From contig JBHLNF010000001.1 of assembly GCA_048937405.1 (NCBI GenBank), forward strand, positions 288,001 to 352,000: a stretch of DNA of 64,000 bases, in the 5' to 3' direction. Within the stretch, counting starts at the first letter, position 1. Each line of letters opens with the position of its first letter. Positions 48,962-59,119 of this stretch are shown piece by piece. Made by a program: the position numbers and the translations under genes. Source of the stretch: Promethearchaeota archaeon. GTDB taxonomy: Archaea; Asgardarchaeota; Lokiarchaeia; Sigyniarchaeales; SOKP01. The notes under the pieces were generated by a model. That model was not told the origin of the DNA and ran no database searches. It saw only the letters and a list, made by a program, of their open reading frames with translations.

Positions 48962-49316
48962 TCTTTCTAACCTAACATTATTGATGGCACGACAAAAGAA
49001 TTCATGCAAAATGGACACATATTATATTGTAATAACCAATCATGAATACATTTAGAATGAGCCTGATTTCCGCAAAAATGACATGTTATAGTCTCTTCTT
49101 CTCTCTCATCTATTATCTCATGACAAATAATGCAAGTTTCATCATATAAAAATTTCATAATGCTTTCTTGAGAATAATAATATTCTTTATCTTGGATTAT
49201 TATCAACTTCCAATTTTTTAATTATAATTTTTTTTCATACACTTTTGTAATCATAATGGTATATATCGTATATAAAAACAACGTTCGTACAACATTTCCA
49301 TTAATACACGATTTTG
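48962..49316. repeat. Copy 1 of a diverged direct duplication (RING gene plus upstream region)
   Basis: Aligns with about 50850-51205, including about 110 nt of upstream non-coding sequence; ends approximate. Confidence 0.8.
48967..49206 (-). CDS. Small RING-finger protein (putative E3)
   Basis: CIIC-x13-CHFC-x4-H-x2-C..DW..CPFC. Confidence 0.85.
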   Translation of the reverse strand: MIIIQDKEYYYSQESIMKFLYDETCIICHEIIDEREEETITCHFCGNQAHSKCIHDWLLQYNMCPFCMNSFVVPSIMLG

Positions 49317-49405
49317 CCTTTATATATAAAGATGATCTGGATTTTTCCTTTATAAATAAAAAGTAAAATACGGTTTAAATGGTCTAAAGTACATTCTATA
49401 AAGAG

Positions 49406-50632
49406 TTAATGTTTGATAGTTAATTCCATTAACTTTTTTACGTTTGTTTTATCTCGTATTGCATTTCTATTGAGAAATAATACTCCCACAACTACCCCTA
49501 TTACAATCATTATTATTAGGGGAGTTATCATTTTTTTCAAAACATCCCTATCTGAAATTGATATTTGCATATTCGGATCTCTATACTTAAATTCTACAAC
49601 AATAGAGTTATTATCTAATATGTCCGTTCCTTGAAACTTAGATAGTAGTGTAAAGTTTTGATTATTTTCTAAAAACGTAACAGGTATTTCTATTGTAGCT
49701 ATTCCATTATCATCAATAAGACAAGTATTTTGATAAATTAATGAATTATTTGCTTTATAATTTAAATATATATTAAAATATTCATTTTTTATTGGTGTGA
49801 AGTTGCCGTAATAAAAAAAAAGACTAATATTGATGTCGGTGTTTGTTTCATATATGTTTTGGCATTCAAGAACCTCAATAATAATCGGAATCCTTCTTAC
49901 ATTCACACTACTTGAGAATTGATAGTCGTTATACACAGTATCGCTTTCTAATTCAAAATCTAATATATTTAATCCTATGTTTAGACTATCTGTGGAATTT
50001 AAAAAAATATCAATTTGACCATTTTCATCTGTTATATATGTGTTTTGAAAAATTAGATTTGAGTCTGAATATACTTTAAATCCAATTTCTTTACTTGTAA
50101 TATATTCCATCGTAATATTTTCATAAACTCTAATTGAATAATTTAGACATTGACCATACATTATATCATTTTCAATATTAATAATTTCGTGAGTTATGTC
50201 TTTTTTATAAATTTTAATTTCAAACAAATCTAGATAGGTGGATACTGTATTTGTAGTATCAAAATGAAAATAAAAAAAGTACATTTTAACATAGAGAATA
50301 TTGGTACTATTATTAAAATCAATATCCAAACTCTGAATATCTAAAGTCCAATTTTTTTCTATAACTCCTACATTATCATATTCCGACGAATTCCACAGTT
50401 TAAAATCAGAACCATTAAATATTTGTATTTGGATAAAAGCTATTTCAATAGCAGGGTTATAGTCCATCAACCACGAAGCATTTATTATGATATTTCCATC
50501 AATGAAATATTTGGTCTTATCGGTTTCAAAATTATACACTTCACAGTAAAACGATTTCCCTAAAATCGAAAATGAACTAAAGCTAATAGAAACCAATAGC
50601 AAAATTAGAGCACTTTTAGCTTTATATTTCAT
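49406..50632 (-). CDS. Secreted/surface protein with Ig-like repeats and C-terminal TM anchor
   Basis: Signal peptide, TDENG/IDDNG beta-sandwich motifs, C-terminal TM plus basic tail. Confidence 0.7.
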   Translation of the reverse strand: MKYKAKSALILLLVSISFSSFSILGKSFYCEVYNFETDKTKYFIDGNIIINASWLMDYNPAIEIAFIQIQIFNGSDFKLWNSSEYDNVGVIEKNWTLDIQSLDIDFNNSTNILYVKMYFFYFHFDTTNTVSTYLDLFEIKIYKKDITHEIINIENDIMYGQCLNYSIRVYENITMEYITSKEIGFKVYSDSNLIFQNTYITDENGQIDIFLNSTDSLNIGLNILDFELESDTVYNDYQFSSSVNVRRIPIIIEVLECQNIYETNTDINISLFFYYGNFTPIKNEYFNIYLNYKANNSLIYQNTCLIDDNGIATIEIPVTFLENNQNFTLLSKFQGTDILDNNSIVVEFKYRDPNMQISISDRDVLKKMITPLIIMIVIGVVVGVLFLNRNAIRDKTNVKKLMELTIKH

Positions 50633-50853
50633 ACTTTCTTTTTGACAAAAAAATATAAAAACTCGTTTAAAAGTAGTTTTGAGATTTATTTTTATTCTAT
50701 ATATCCTCTTTTATTGAAAAATTTTGATCTTTATGACACCGTTTTACATGTTTTTTGAAATTCAATAAAATCAGAACTTTGCTTGAGTAAATAATATCTG
50801 TTGCATAAAACAATGACCAATTAAATATATAAAATATCAAAAAATTTCATTTT

Positions 50854-51095
50854 CTAACCTGATATTACTGAAGGTACAACAAAAGAATTCATGCAAAAGG
50901 ACACATATTATATTTTAGTAATTAATCTCGAATACATTTAGAATGAGCCTTATTTCCGCAAAAATGACAAGTTATAATTTCTCCTTCTCTATCATCTATT
51001 ATTTTATGACAGACAATGCAAGTATCATCTAAAAAAAAATTTCTAACACTTTCAAGAGAATAAAAATATTTTTTATTTTCTATCACTATCCACAT
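50854..51095 (-). pseudogene. Degenerate duplicate of the small RING gene
   Basis: MWIVIENKKYFYSLESVRNFFLDDTCIVCHK...CHFCGNKAHSKCIRD*: TGG to TAA at 50924-50922 plus a 1-nt deletion in CPFC. Confidence 0.85.
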
Positions 51096-51367
51096 CCTAT
51101 TCTCTAAATCTAAAATATTTTCTATACACTTTTGTATTAATGAATACAGTTTATCATATTTAGAAATAATGTTCCTTCAATATTTTTGTTAATATAAGAT
51201 TTTAGGTATTTTGAAAATATAGTAATGGGTCTTAAATAATACAAAGATTTTCTTTGTTCAATAATTATGAAATATTGATCCCAGAGTTGGTGGTAATTCT
51301 AATCCTACAGTTATACTTAAAACTTTTAGTTCTAAAGAAACCTTCAAAGTTTATGTGTATAACTATA

Positions 51368-52096
51368 TTATAAGAGAGCAAAGATTTTTTTAACTAGTAC
51401 CTTATTTTTTACAATTAAGATTTTACAATAGATATACACATTTTCATTAATTCCATCAAGAATAATATTTTTAGTTGTATCTTTTTCAATAATTAAGTCT
51501 GGATTTTTTAGCAAATCTTTTTTGAATGGATCTACAGGTGTATTCAATATTTTTATCTTAGCATGATTTGTATTAAATTTTACTATTGGTTCTGCCCATG
51601 AAACTCGGGTTCCTCCATCTTGAGTAGTAACGCTATAATGCTGAAAATCTTCCCTTTTCTGTTCTTTAAATTGTTCATGCTTTCCTTCTCCAGCAATTTT
51701 AGCCAGTTGTTCCAACCATTTATTTCTTCTATGTGTATAGGGTTGGAGAGATAATAGATAATCATAAAGTGACTTATTCTTCTTCTCTAAATCTGACATT
51801 TTATTTTTATTCATTATCCATGAAAAATTACTGTAAGAATCAGCAATTGGGAAATAAATCTTATGTCTTTTTTTGCGATCTATTATTGATAATGAGGGTA
51901 AGTAATAAATATTCCATATTATTCTCATAATTTTATCAAGAATATGTCGATTTTTTTCAATTATCTCATGAGTTATATTTTTTAACTTTTCTGTAATTTT
52001 ATCATCATTGACACATTCAGTATATTCATTAGACAACTCAAGAAGCTTTTCTTCAGATCTTTCTAACATACCATTAATTTCACTAGGAATCTTCAT
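51368..52096 (-). CDS. Hypothetical protein
   Basis: 242-aa ORF with IYFP...LQPY...KH pattern; family not securely recognised. Confidence 0.65.
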   Translation of the reverse strand: MKIPSEINGMLERSEEKLLELSNEYTECVNDDKITEKLKNITHEIIEKNRHILDKIMRIIWNIYYLPSLSIIDRKKRHKIYFPIADSYSNFSWIMNKNKMSDLEKKNKSLYDYLLSLQPYTHRRNKWLEQLAKIAGEGKHEQFKEQKREDFQHYSVTTQDGGTRVSWAEPIVKFNTNHAKIKILNTPVDPFKKDLLKNPDLIIEKDTTKNIILDGINENVYIYCKILIVKNKVLVKKIFALL

Positions 52097-52527
52097 TCTT
52101 AATCATCTTTATGCTATTCTTGATTTGATTATTAACTCATTTACTAATAAATTATTCAATATTCAGCCACCTCTTAATTCCCACTTTTAGAGCATGATTT
52201 ACCAATATTTTATCCTTATTATTATATTTATTAGTGGATTCTTTCCCATGTTATAATACTTATAAAATTAAAACTAAATTAAACAATTTTGTCTATATTA
52301 TTAAAAATAAAATTAACTTAATAAATATAGAGAACATCAGATTATTAATTTATACTTAGTTTCATACTAAAAAAGCTTAAAACTATACGTCTTAGAACTT
52401 ATCTTTCCTTTTCTATCTTACTCCTTTTCTTATTAAATGTTTATAAATAATCGTATTCTATTCTTATTCTAAACCACTCCTTATTTTTCTTATTGTCTTC
52501 AATGTTCATTCTACCTCTTTATTTTAC

Positions 52528-53931
52528 CAATGAAAGCAAAATAAAGCCCTTCTCTTTAGGGATGGGATGAATTTTGCTGTGAACATCATTAAATCATTCC
52601 AGTTTATCTTTTAAAATAGGTAAAATAATATACTGCTTATAATGCTTCGTACCAACATATTAGAATTGAACCCTTCCCCACACCAGAGGAAGATTCTTCA
52701 TACAATGTTGGTAAGATCTAGTGCCATCTGGAACCTAGGGAATTATACACGGCGACAAGCATTCTTTAATAAAGATACAAAAAGTCCATCTTATTCTCTT
52801 CAATGTAAGGAACTAAAGGATAATAATCTTTATAAATCGTTAGGATCTGCATATTCCCAGCAAATCTTAAAGAAATTGGACAAATCATGGCAGTCATTTT
52901 GGAATTCTTTAAAATCTGAGAATATTACACATAAGGTATCAATCCCTCACTATTTTAAGAATTATAAAACTAATCAAACCCTCCCTACATTATTGATTTG
53001 TCGAAATGATTGTTACCATATTGATCAGAATTATATTTATATTTCTTGTTCTAAGGATTTAAAGGAAGAATATAGACTTAAAGGACTTCTGAAAATAAGA
53101 TATAAAGGAATAAGAAAATGGAAGGGTGTGCAAAAGGTTATGGAGATTAAATATATTCCCTATCTTAAGAAATTTTATGCGTATCAGACTGAAGAGGTAG
53201 CTTCTACTCCCATAGACTTTAAAGAAGAGAATATTTGTTCTATTGATTTGGGAATTAAGCGATATCTTACCACCTGCATTAAAATCTCTGAAGATCTCTC
53301 TTTTATCTATGAATCAGAGCACATATTTCAACAATATCTCATTCTTTCAAGAAGAATAGCCTATTATCAAGCAAGAGCTAAAAAAGAGAATAACAAATAT
53401 ACTACTCATAGAATTAGAAGATTATATCTTAAAAGAAGACGAAAACTACATAACTATCTTAATAATATTTTGGCACATTTATTTCGGAAATTGAAGCACT
53501 ATCAGGTCTCAAAGATTGTAATCGGAGACTTACAAGGTATTAGAGATTCTCAAATTCCCTCGTATTATAAAAATAAGAAAAAGATCAATGAGATGATTCA
53601 AAACTTCTGGTCAGTTGATCTTTTTAAAAAAAAACTACAAAATAAATGTGAGGAGTTTGGAATTGACCTTGTGGAAATCGATGAAGCCTATACATCTTCT
53701 ACTTGTCCTATGTGTAATGAGAGAGTCAGTCCGAATGATAGAACTTTTAAATGTCCCCGCTGTGGGTATAAGCAAGATAGAGATGTAGTAGGAGGTATTA
53801 ATATTCTTAAGAAATATTATCATGATCATCATATTGATGATGTAAGGATAGAGAACTATCCTTTAGTGTCTACGATTCTCATTGAATCATAGGGACTATG
53901 AATCCATATCCTTTAGGGTATGGTAGTTCAA
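52528..53931 (+). mobile_element. Non-autonomous IS200/IS605-family element (tnpB only) with IS608-like ends
   Basis: TTAC at 52524-52527 before the left end; AAAG at +16..+19 then hairpin 52547-52566; GAAT at 53900-53903, hairpin 53904-53923, terminal TCAA at 53928-53931. Confidence 0.88.
52642..53892 (+). CDS. tnpB: RNA-guided endonuclease TnpB
   Basis: SIDLG (RuvC-I), IVIGDL plus DEAYTS, CPMC/CPRC zinc finger, DRD..G.INI (RuvC-III). Confidence 0.95.
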   Translation: MLRTNILELNPSPHQRKILHTMLVRSSAIWNLGNYTRRQAFFNKDTKSPSYSLQCKELKDNNLYKSLGSAYSQQILKKLDKSWQSFWNSLKSENITHKVSIPHYFKNYKTNQTLPTLLICRNDCYHIDQNYIYISCSKDLKEEYRLKGLLKIRYKGIRKWKGVQKVMEIKYIPYLKKFYAYQTEEVASTPIDFKEENICSIDLGIKRYLTTCIKISEDLSFIYESEHIFQQYLILSRRIAYYQARAKKENNKYTTHRIRRLYLKRRRKLHNYLNNILAHLFRKLKHYQVSKIVIGDLQGIRDSQIPSYYKNKKKINEMIQNFWSVDLFKKKLQNKCEEFGIDLVEIDEAYTSSTCPMCNERVSPNDRTFKCPRCGYKQDRDVVGGINILKKYYHDHHIDDVRIENYPLVSTILIES

Positions 53932-53947
53932 CTAAGAGATAATTGTT
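53780..53947 (+). ncRNA. Predicted TnpB omega/reRNA; guide from the flank starting at 53932; 5' end approximate
   Basis: Inferred from known TnpB architecture and the right-end hairpin ending in TCAA. Confidence 0.5.
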
Positions 53948-54162
53948 ACATAGAGATCCACTTGAATGTTCATACTCCACTCTTTTTTGCAGTTTGAACA
54001 AAACACTAAAAATTTTGTAATCTCATGTATATTGTAAATATCCAAGTCGTCGCTAATGAGCGCTTCACTTTCTTCTTGACAATCAGGACAAGTCCAAGAT
54101 ATTGTATATGGTGTTTCTAATTTACATCCCTCAATAAAGGTATTCTTATAATCTGAGTACAT
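53932..54162 (-). CDS. Small zinc-finger protein
   Basis: CPDC...CSNC; its TAG stop directly abuts the IS right end. Confidence 0.7.
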   Translation of the reverse strand: MYSDYKNTFIEGCKLETPYTISWTCPDCQEESEALISDDLDIYNIHEITKFLVFCSNCKKEWSMNIQVDLYVTIIS

Positions 54163-54230
54163 CTTTACTCTTGCTTTAAGTTGGTTTCTAATCTGTATTT
54201 TTAATCCCTCTTATGTATTTTTTAAATCTA

Positions 54231-55472
54231 TCATAAATTTCTTTTCTCAGCTTTCATACGCTTTAGTTCTGCTTCAATCTCTTCGTCTGAAGTAAAAGTA
54301 CCCAGAATTCCTATATCAGTGATCTGTGTTGTTTCGAAATCAACACATTTGAATTTGTTATCAAATCTATTAACTAATACATTTAATAGTTTGACCTTGT
54401 TTCCCTCTCTAAAAACATCATTGAACTTATTAATATCCTCATCAAAAATGGTTACGGTCATAACTCCTGTGTCGTCTCTAATATCAATTTGTTGGAATAA
54501 TTCCTTTCCGTAAATGTCACACTCTCCCATATCGCCCCGTTTAACCACGATTCCTTCAATATGTGTTAACCAGTTAGAATAACGATACTTCTTTATCGCT
54601 TCAATGTTAGGGAGATCTACAATATCGTAATCATACTTCTTTATTTCCGTTCCCATCGTGCTTTCAAGTGTTGCTTGTTTTTTCCATTTTTTTCGCTTCA
54701 AGTTTGTTATTGTCACGATATCTCCTAATGTGAATGATTCTGTTAACCCTACTTTCTTATTCCAAAAGGTAACCTTAATAATTCCCGTGCTATCTGCAAT
54801 AATTACAATTCTCATTTGTCCCTTCAAGCCATCCTTTCTTTCAAACACCTTGATATCTTTTATATCCATTATACATACGGAAACAGTAACTAAATCGTTG
54901 TGATATTCCGTTTCTTCACCCGATTCAATGTGCCACACTTGAAATTCTTTTTGTTGGTAAATGGGATAATCCTTCTCCTTCATAACACTTAGATTTATTT
55001 GTATATCCCCATCATGTTCCAATTGTAATGACATCTCTTCATTTTTCCTACTTTTTACATTACATCCATTTATTTTAATGAGTAGATTGGGTCTTAAATT
55101 TCTCATTATCTCTGTTTGTTCGTTCCATAATACCACTTTCACACAACCTGTCTTGTCAAATATTGTGAATGTTCCTATCTTTCCCATCCATAAATCCCTC
55201 TTAAAGGAATTTAGTCTATGCAGAAAGCGTATTCTCCCCACAACAGTTATATCTTTCATTCCTAAAGTTAGTGAACTGATTTCCGTAATTTTTTTTGAAT
55301 TACTATGTGATATCCCAAACTCCCTTGCCAAGAGGAGTAACGAGGCTTTTGCTGATATTAGTCCTTTCAATTCTTCTTGTTTTTCTTTCACTTTTTCCCT
55401 TATTTCTGACAGACTAAGCCCCGTCTTGTATATAATCAAAGATTCCAAATTTTTATACTCCTTTTCTTTCAT
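54231..55472 (-). CDS. RPA-like ssDNA-binding protein (three OB folds)
   Basis: Repeated D.TG...V.(L/F)W OB motifs; N-terminal segment ELKGLIS..ASLLLLAREFG. Confidence 0.85.
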   Translation of the reverse strand: MKEKEYKNLESLIIYKTGLSLSEIREKVKEKQEELKGLISAKASLLLLAREFGISHSNSKKITEISSLTLGMKDITVVGRIRFLHRLNSFKRDLWMGKIGTFTIFDKTGCVKVVLWNEQTEIMRNLRPNLLIKINGCNVKSRKNEEMSLQLEHDGDIQINLSVMKEKDYPIYQQKEFQVWHIESGEETEYHNDLVTVSVCIMDIKDIKVFERKDGLKGQMRIVIIADSTGIIKVTFWNKKVGLTESFTLGDIVTITNLKRKKWKKQATLESTMGTEIKKYDYDIVDLPNIEAIKKYRYSNWLTHIEGIVVKRGDMGECDIYGKELFQQIDIRDDTGVMTVTIFDEDINKFNDVFREGNKVKLLNVLVNRFDNKFKCVDFETTQITDIGILGTFTSDEEIEAELKRMKAEKRNL

Positions 55473-55533
55473 ACTCTTCTCCTAAATTTTTTTATAACTG
55501 AAATGTAACAATCAATTCTTATTTCTGCATTCT

Positions 55534-55878
55534 TTACACCTCAGCAAGATAATCAAAAGAATCAAGGATTTTATCTAATTTATTGAAAAATTTTTTTTTA
55601 AAATAGAAACGTGGCTTCTTGAATGCACATATCGAATGGAGTGTTATAAATTGAGTTCTTTCTGTTTTCCTATATAAGCGAAAACTGATAAAAAAAGTCA
55701 TTTCAGCGAGTTTATTGCATATTGGACATGTAGGGGAATTTATATAATTTCTTTTGTCTAAAACCACTTTTAATGTTTTTTTTCTTAGTAACATCTTGAA
55801 ATCATACCATCCTCCTTCTTTATTTTTACAAATACAGTTTCTCTTATTTTTCCTTATTTCTTCGCTGTTTGTGTTCAT
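55534..55878 (-). CDS. Hypothetical basic protein, possible zinc binding
   Basis: CPIC...HSIC; overlaps the cdc6 3' end. Confidence 0.55.
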   Translation of the reverse strand: MNTNSEEIRKNKRNCICKNKEGGWYDFKMLLRKKTLKVVLDKRNYINSPTCPICNKLAEMTFFISFRLYRKTERTQFITLHSICAFKKPRFYFKKKFFNKLDKILDSFDYLAEV

Positions 55879-56800
55879 AAATCTCTTTCGATTTCTTAGT
55901 TTTTGCTATATTTTCCAAATCTGTACTTTGCATGTAAAAAATATCTTGAATTCCTAATTTGACACACTCTTTAGTAATTTTAGAAAGATTCTGTAATTCT
56001 GCAATTTTCCCTGCTTTCCACAGTAAATTCAAACCATATCTAATATCTTTTTTTCTATATGTTTCGTCGGAAATCAATCTAATTACGTCATTCGAGATTG
56101 CATCTTTTTTAAAGCTGAGTTCTGCCCTAAACTTTAAGATATCAAAAACCTGCTTTTTAGAATAATCACTAAAATTTATAATATTTCTTTGAAGTGTGCT
56201 TATTGTTCCTGAATCTAAATCATCTATACATGAGATATTTTGAGTAATTCCTATAATGGATATATGAGAGGGTTTATTGAAAGAATCGTCATTTAACCGA
56301 GTTAAAGAATGAAGAATATCTTTATTATTCTTAATGAGATGGTTGAACTCATCTAAAATAATGAGTAAATAAACATTATCTAACTCTGTAAACTCTCTTA
56401 GGAGATCTAAAAGTTCTGATGGGGCATAGCCCCTTTTAGTAAATTTTGGGTTAATTGAGGAAAGAATTGTCATTAATATTTTATAACCTGATTTTTTAAC
56501 CCGACAATTGATAAAAACAGAGTAAAGAAATCTCTCTCTCTTCTCTGCTTCTTTCCTAAGAAGACTTATAAAAAATTTTACCGTTGCCGTTTTACCCGTC
56601 CCAGAATTGCCTGTGATTAAGATATTTTTTGAAATCGCATTTCGATGTAATAAAATAGGTAAAAAATATTGTGCAAGAATAGATAATCCTTTTTCTCGAT
56701 AAGGAAGTTTATGAGGAACATAATCATTTTCTAATTTACTTTCATCCACGAAAATTGAATACTTATCATCATTATCTAATAAATTTGAGAATAGATCCAC
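55844..56800 (-). CDS. cdc6: Orc1/Cdc6 AAA+ ATPase lacking the C-terminal winged-helix domain
   Basis: YVP..LPYRE, GNSGTGKT, INC, ILDE, DIRYGLNLLWKAG; only 318 aa. Confidence 0.85.
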   Translation of the reverse strand: MDLFSNLLDNDDKYSIFVDESKLENDYVPHKLPYREKGLSILAQYFLPILLHRNAISKNILITGNSGTGKTATVKFFISLLRKEAEKRERFLYSVFINCRVKKSGYKILMTILSSINPKFTKRGYAPSELLDLLREFTELDNVYLLIILDEFNHLIKNNKDILHSLTRLNDDSFNKPSHISIIGITQNISCIDDLDSGTISTLQRNIINFSDYSKKQVFDILKFRAELSFKKDAISNDVIRLISDETYRKKDIRYGLNLLWKAGKIAELQNLSKITKECVKLGIQDIFYMQSTDLENIAKTKKSKEIYEHKQRRNKEK

Positions 56801-56865
56801 TTTTTACAGCCCTCATTTAATAGTAGTTTTAACAATTTCTCTTCCTTTTTTTGAAACAAAAGCAT

Positions 56866-56993
56866 TTGTCATTCCACTTAAACTTTCTATTTTTTAAAAT
56901 GACAATTTAAGAAAGTGAGAGAAAGGCAACATAGTAGAAATGACTAAAGCATAAGGGAAGTATTAGGATTTCTTTTCACGTCCCTTTCTCTCA
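56866..56993. repeat. Two inverted repeats upstream of cdc6
   Basis: TTGTCATT 56866-56873 / AATGACAA 56898-56905; TGAGAGAAAGG 56916-56926 / CCTTTCTCTCA 56983-56993. Confidence 0.65.
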
Positions 56994-57036
56994 TGTTTTT
57001 TTCCCTTTCCCTGTTTTTCATAGTAGACTTATTGAT

Positions 57037-57537
57037 TTAATCTTTTTTCCTCCCAATTCTAAAGTAATAATAGTAATCCTTTCCATCAAGTTCAATTCGA
57101 TATAATTCTTTTTTTTTTCTAAATCATCGCATATACTTTTTATAGCTGGATAATAATCAATGCTTTTATCAAAAGGAAATAACTGATGAATCGGATCTAA
57201 GGTTATTTTATAAATGTCCTCAATTGTATAGGCGAATTCATTGTTCTTTCTAATAAAATTGCTAATTATGTCTCTTTTCATTACGAATTCAAAACTCTCA
57301 AATAAAAGATCGAAGAATTTTTGCTCACTCATTATATTATCGTCCTTAATTTCGTTCATGAAGGTTCTCATCTGCCTTATTTTTTCCAAATCTTTTATTC
57401 CACATCATACCACAAAAAAAACCTAGAGTGAAATGTTTTAGTAATTCCTTATCTTTCGGTTTCAATTGGGATTCTCCTTGATCTGAGCCGTCTATGATTT
57501 TTCTCATCTCTTCTTCAAAATCCAATTCTTTTCCCAT
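57037..57537 (-). pseudogene. Probable single wHTH-like gene broken by two frameshifts in A-runs
   Basis: ORFs 57346-57537 and 57018-57389 join with a +1 shift; a -1 shift at the A10 run (57109-57118) gives KELYRIELDGKDYYYFR. Confidence 0.4.
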
Positions 57538-57582
57538 AACCCAATCACTTAAAATCTATTTTTCATTTTTCAATTTTTTAAA

Positions 57583-58731
57583 TTAAAAGACTAATTTTTC
57601 TGTTTCCTCATCTTCAAATATTTCCTTAGTTGTTTCAATATATTCATCTGTAATCCCTTTTCGATTGATATAAAAGCTTACTTCCCTTTCGGGAAGCCCT
57701 GAGTCTTTTAACATCTTTGCATATCGTTTTGTAGGTTGCTTACCTCTACGAAGGTAAATTCGATATGGTGTATAATGAGCCATTACATTTCCTCCTGACC
57801 ACTTGATTTGATTTTTCAATGAACCATTCCCATAACTTCCTACTTGATTTGTATAGATAACCATAACATCAAACAATAGGGTAAGCTTCTTCAGAGATTC
57901 AATCATGTGAGCTAAAATTTGCTGTCTTTTGATATTGTCCCTTGTTCCTTTTATATATTCCGCTCTGAACTTTGCGATAATACTATCTACAATAATTAAT
58001 TTGACTGGTTTTGTTCTAAACTCATCATAGATGAATTCATTAATAATTAATTCCTGTTGGAATGAGTTTAACGGTTTGATAACTTCAATTCGCTCTAAAA
58101 CTTTATTCCCATCGATACCATTTTCCTTTGCAATTTGAAGTATCCTTTCTGGTCTAAATCCTAGTTCAGTATCTATATAAATTACATCCCCGTCTAATCC
58201 ACCTTTCTCTATAGGTTGTGTGGCATACACACATAATGTATGAGCAATCTGAGTTTTTCCTGATGTACTTTTCCCAAAAAACTCAACTACACTATTTTTA
58301 TGAATTCCTCCTACTAGTTTTCCTTTTCGTTGGTCATAATTTAGAAATAAGGAATTTAACCGTTTGCTTCCCGTAGTGAGTCTGCAAACTTCATTTCTAT
58401 TCTTGTTTGTAGTAGTAGCTTTTTCCCGAAAACTAATTCTTACATTTAAAGCATCATATACCTCCTCAACTAATAATCTAGCATCTAATTCTGATATACG
58501 GAGTATAGCCATAAGCTGAGATACTTTTATCATAGAAAGTTGTTCTACTGTCTCAATTCCTGCTTTTTTTAACTTAGTTTTCTTGTCGTTAGAAATTTTT
58601 AGCTGAGTGATTTTTATAGATTTTACAATTTCTACATTTTGATTCTGTTCACCTTGAGTCATTTTTAAGACCTTATCCTGTTTTCTCTTTTTTAAATTAT
58701 CATTTAAATCTGCCGACAAAAAATTTGTCAA
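57583..58731 (-). CDS. radA: Divergent RadA/Rad51-family recombinase paralogue
   Basis: N-terminal HhH (LKKAGIETVE), TTGS, GKSTSGKTQ, YIDTE..FRPER, IVDS, TNQV, GG.VMAH; start may be the internal MTQG. Confidence 0.85.
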   Translation of the reverse strand: MTNFLSADLNDNLKKRKQDKVLKMTQGEQNQNVEIVKSIKITQLKISNDKKTKLKKAGIETVEQLSMIKVSQLMAILRISELDARLLVEEVYDALNVRISFREKATTTNKNRNEVCRLTTGSKRLNSLFLNYDQRKGKLVGGIHKNSVVEFFGKSTSGKTQIAHTLCVYATQPIEKGGLDGDVIYIDTELGFRPERILQIAKENGIDGNKVLERIEVIKPLNSFQQELIINEFIYDEFRTKPVKLIIVDSIIAKFRAEYIKGTRDNIKRQQILAHMIESLKKLTLLFDVMVIYTNQVGSYGNGSLKNQIKWSGGNVMAHYTPYRIYLRRGKQPTKRYAKMLKDSGLPEREVSFYINRKGITDEYIETTKEIFEDEETEKLVF

Positions 58732-59119
58732 TGTAATAATTACAGATATATTAATATTTAAATGTTTTACTTTTGTGTTGATTTATAATGAATAATTATT
58801 TTACTATCGTGTTAAATATTGATAAACTTATAATTATATAAATAAAACTAAAAAATTATAGTTCTTTTATTTATATTTCTATAATATTTTAATAATAAAA
58901 TTAATTAAAAAATGAGAAAAATTATGTTATTTAATATAAATCAATGTTCTATATTCCATTATTATATTTATATGTTTAAGAAAATGCTCTAAATATAATT
59001 AAAAATATTCAAAAATTCTGTAATTTACCTATAAATCAAATATTTTTAAAATAAAATATTATTATATTATCCTACTTTAATATTAATAATATTTACGAAA
59101 AAAATGGTAATATGTAAAA

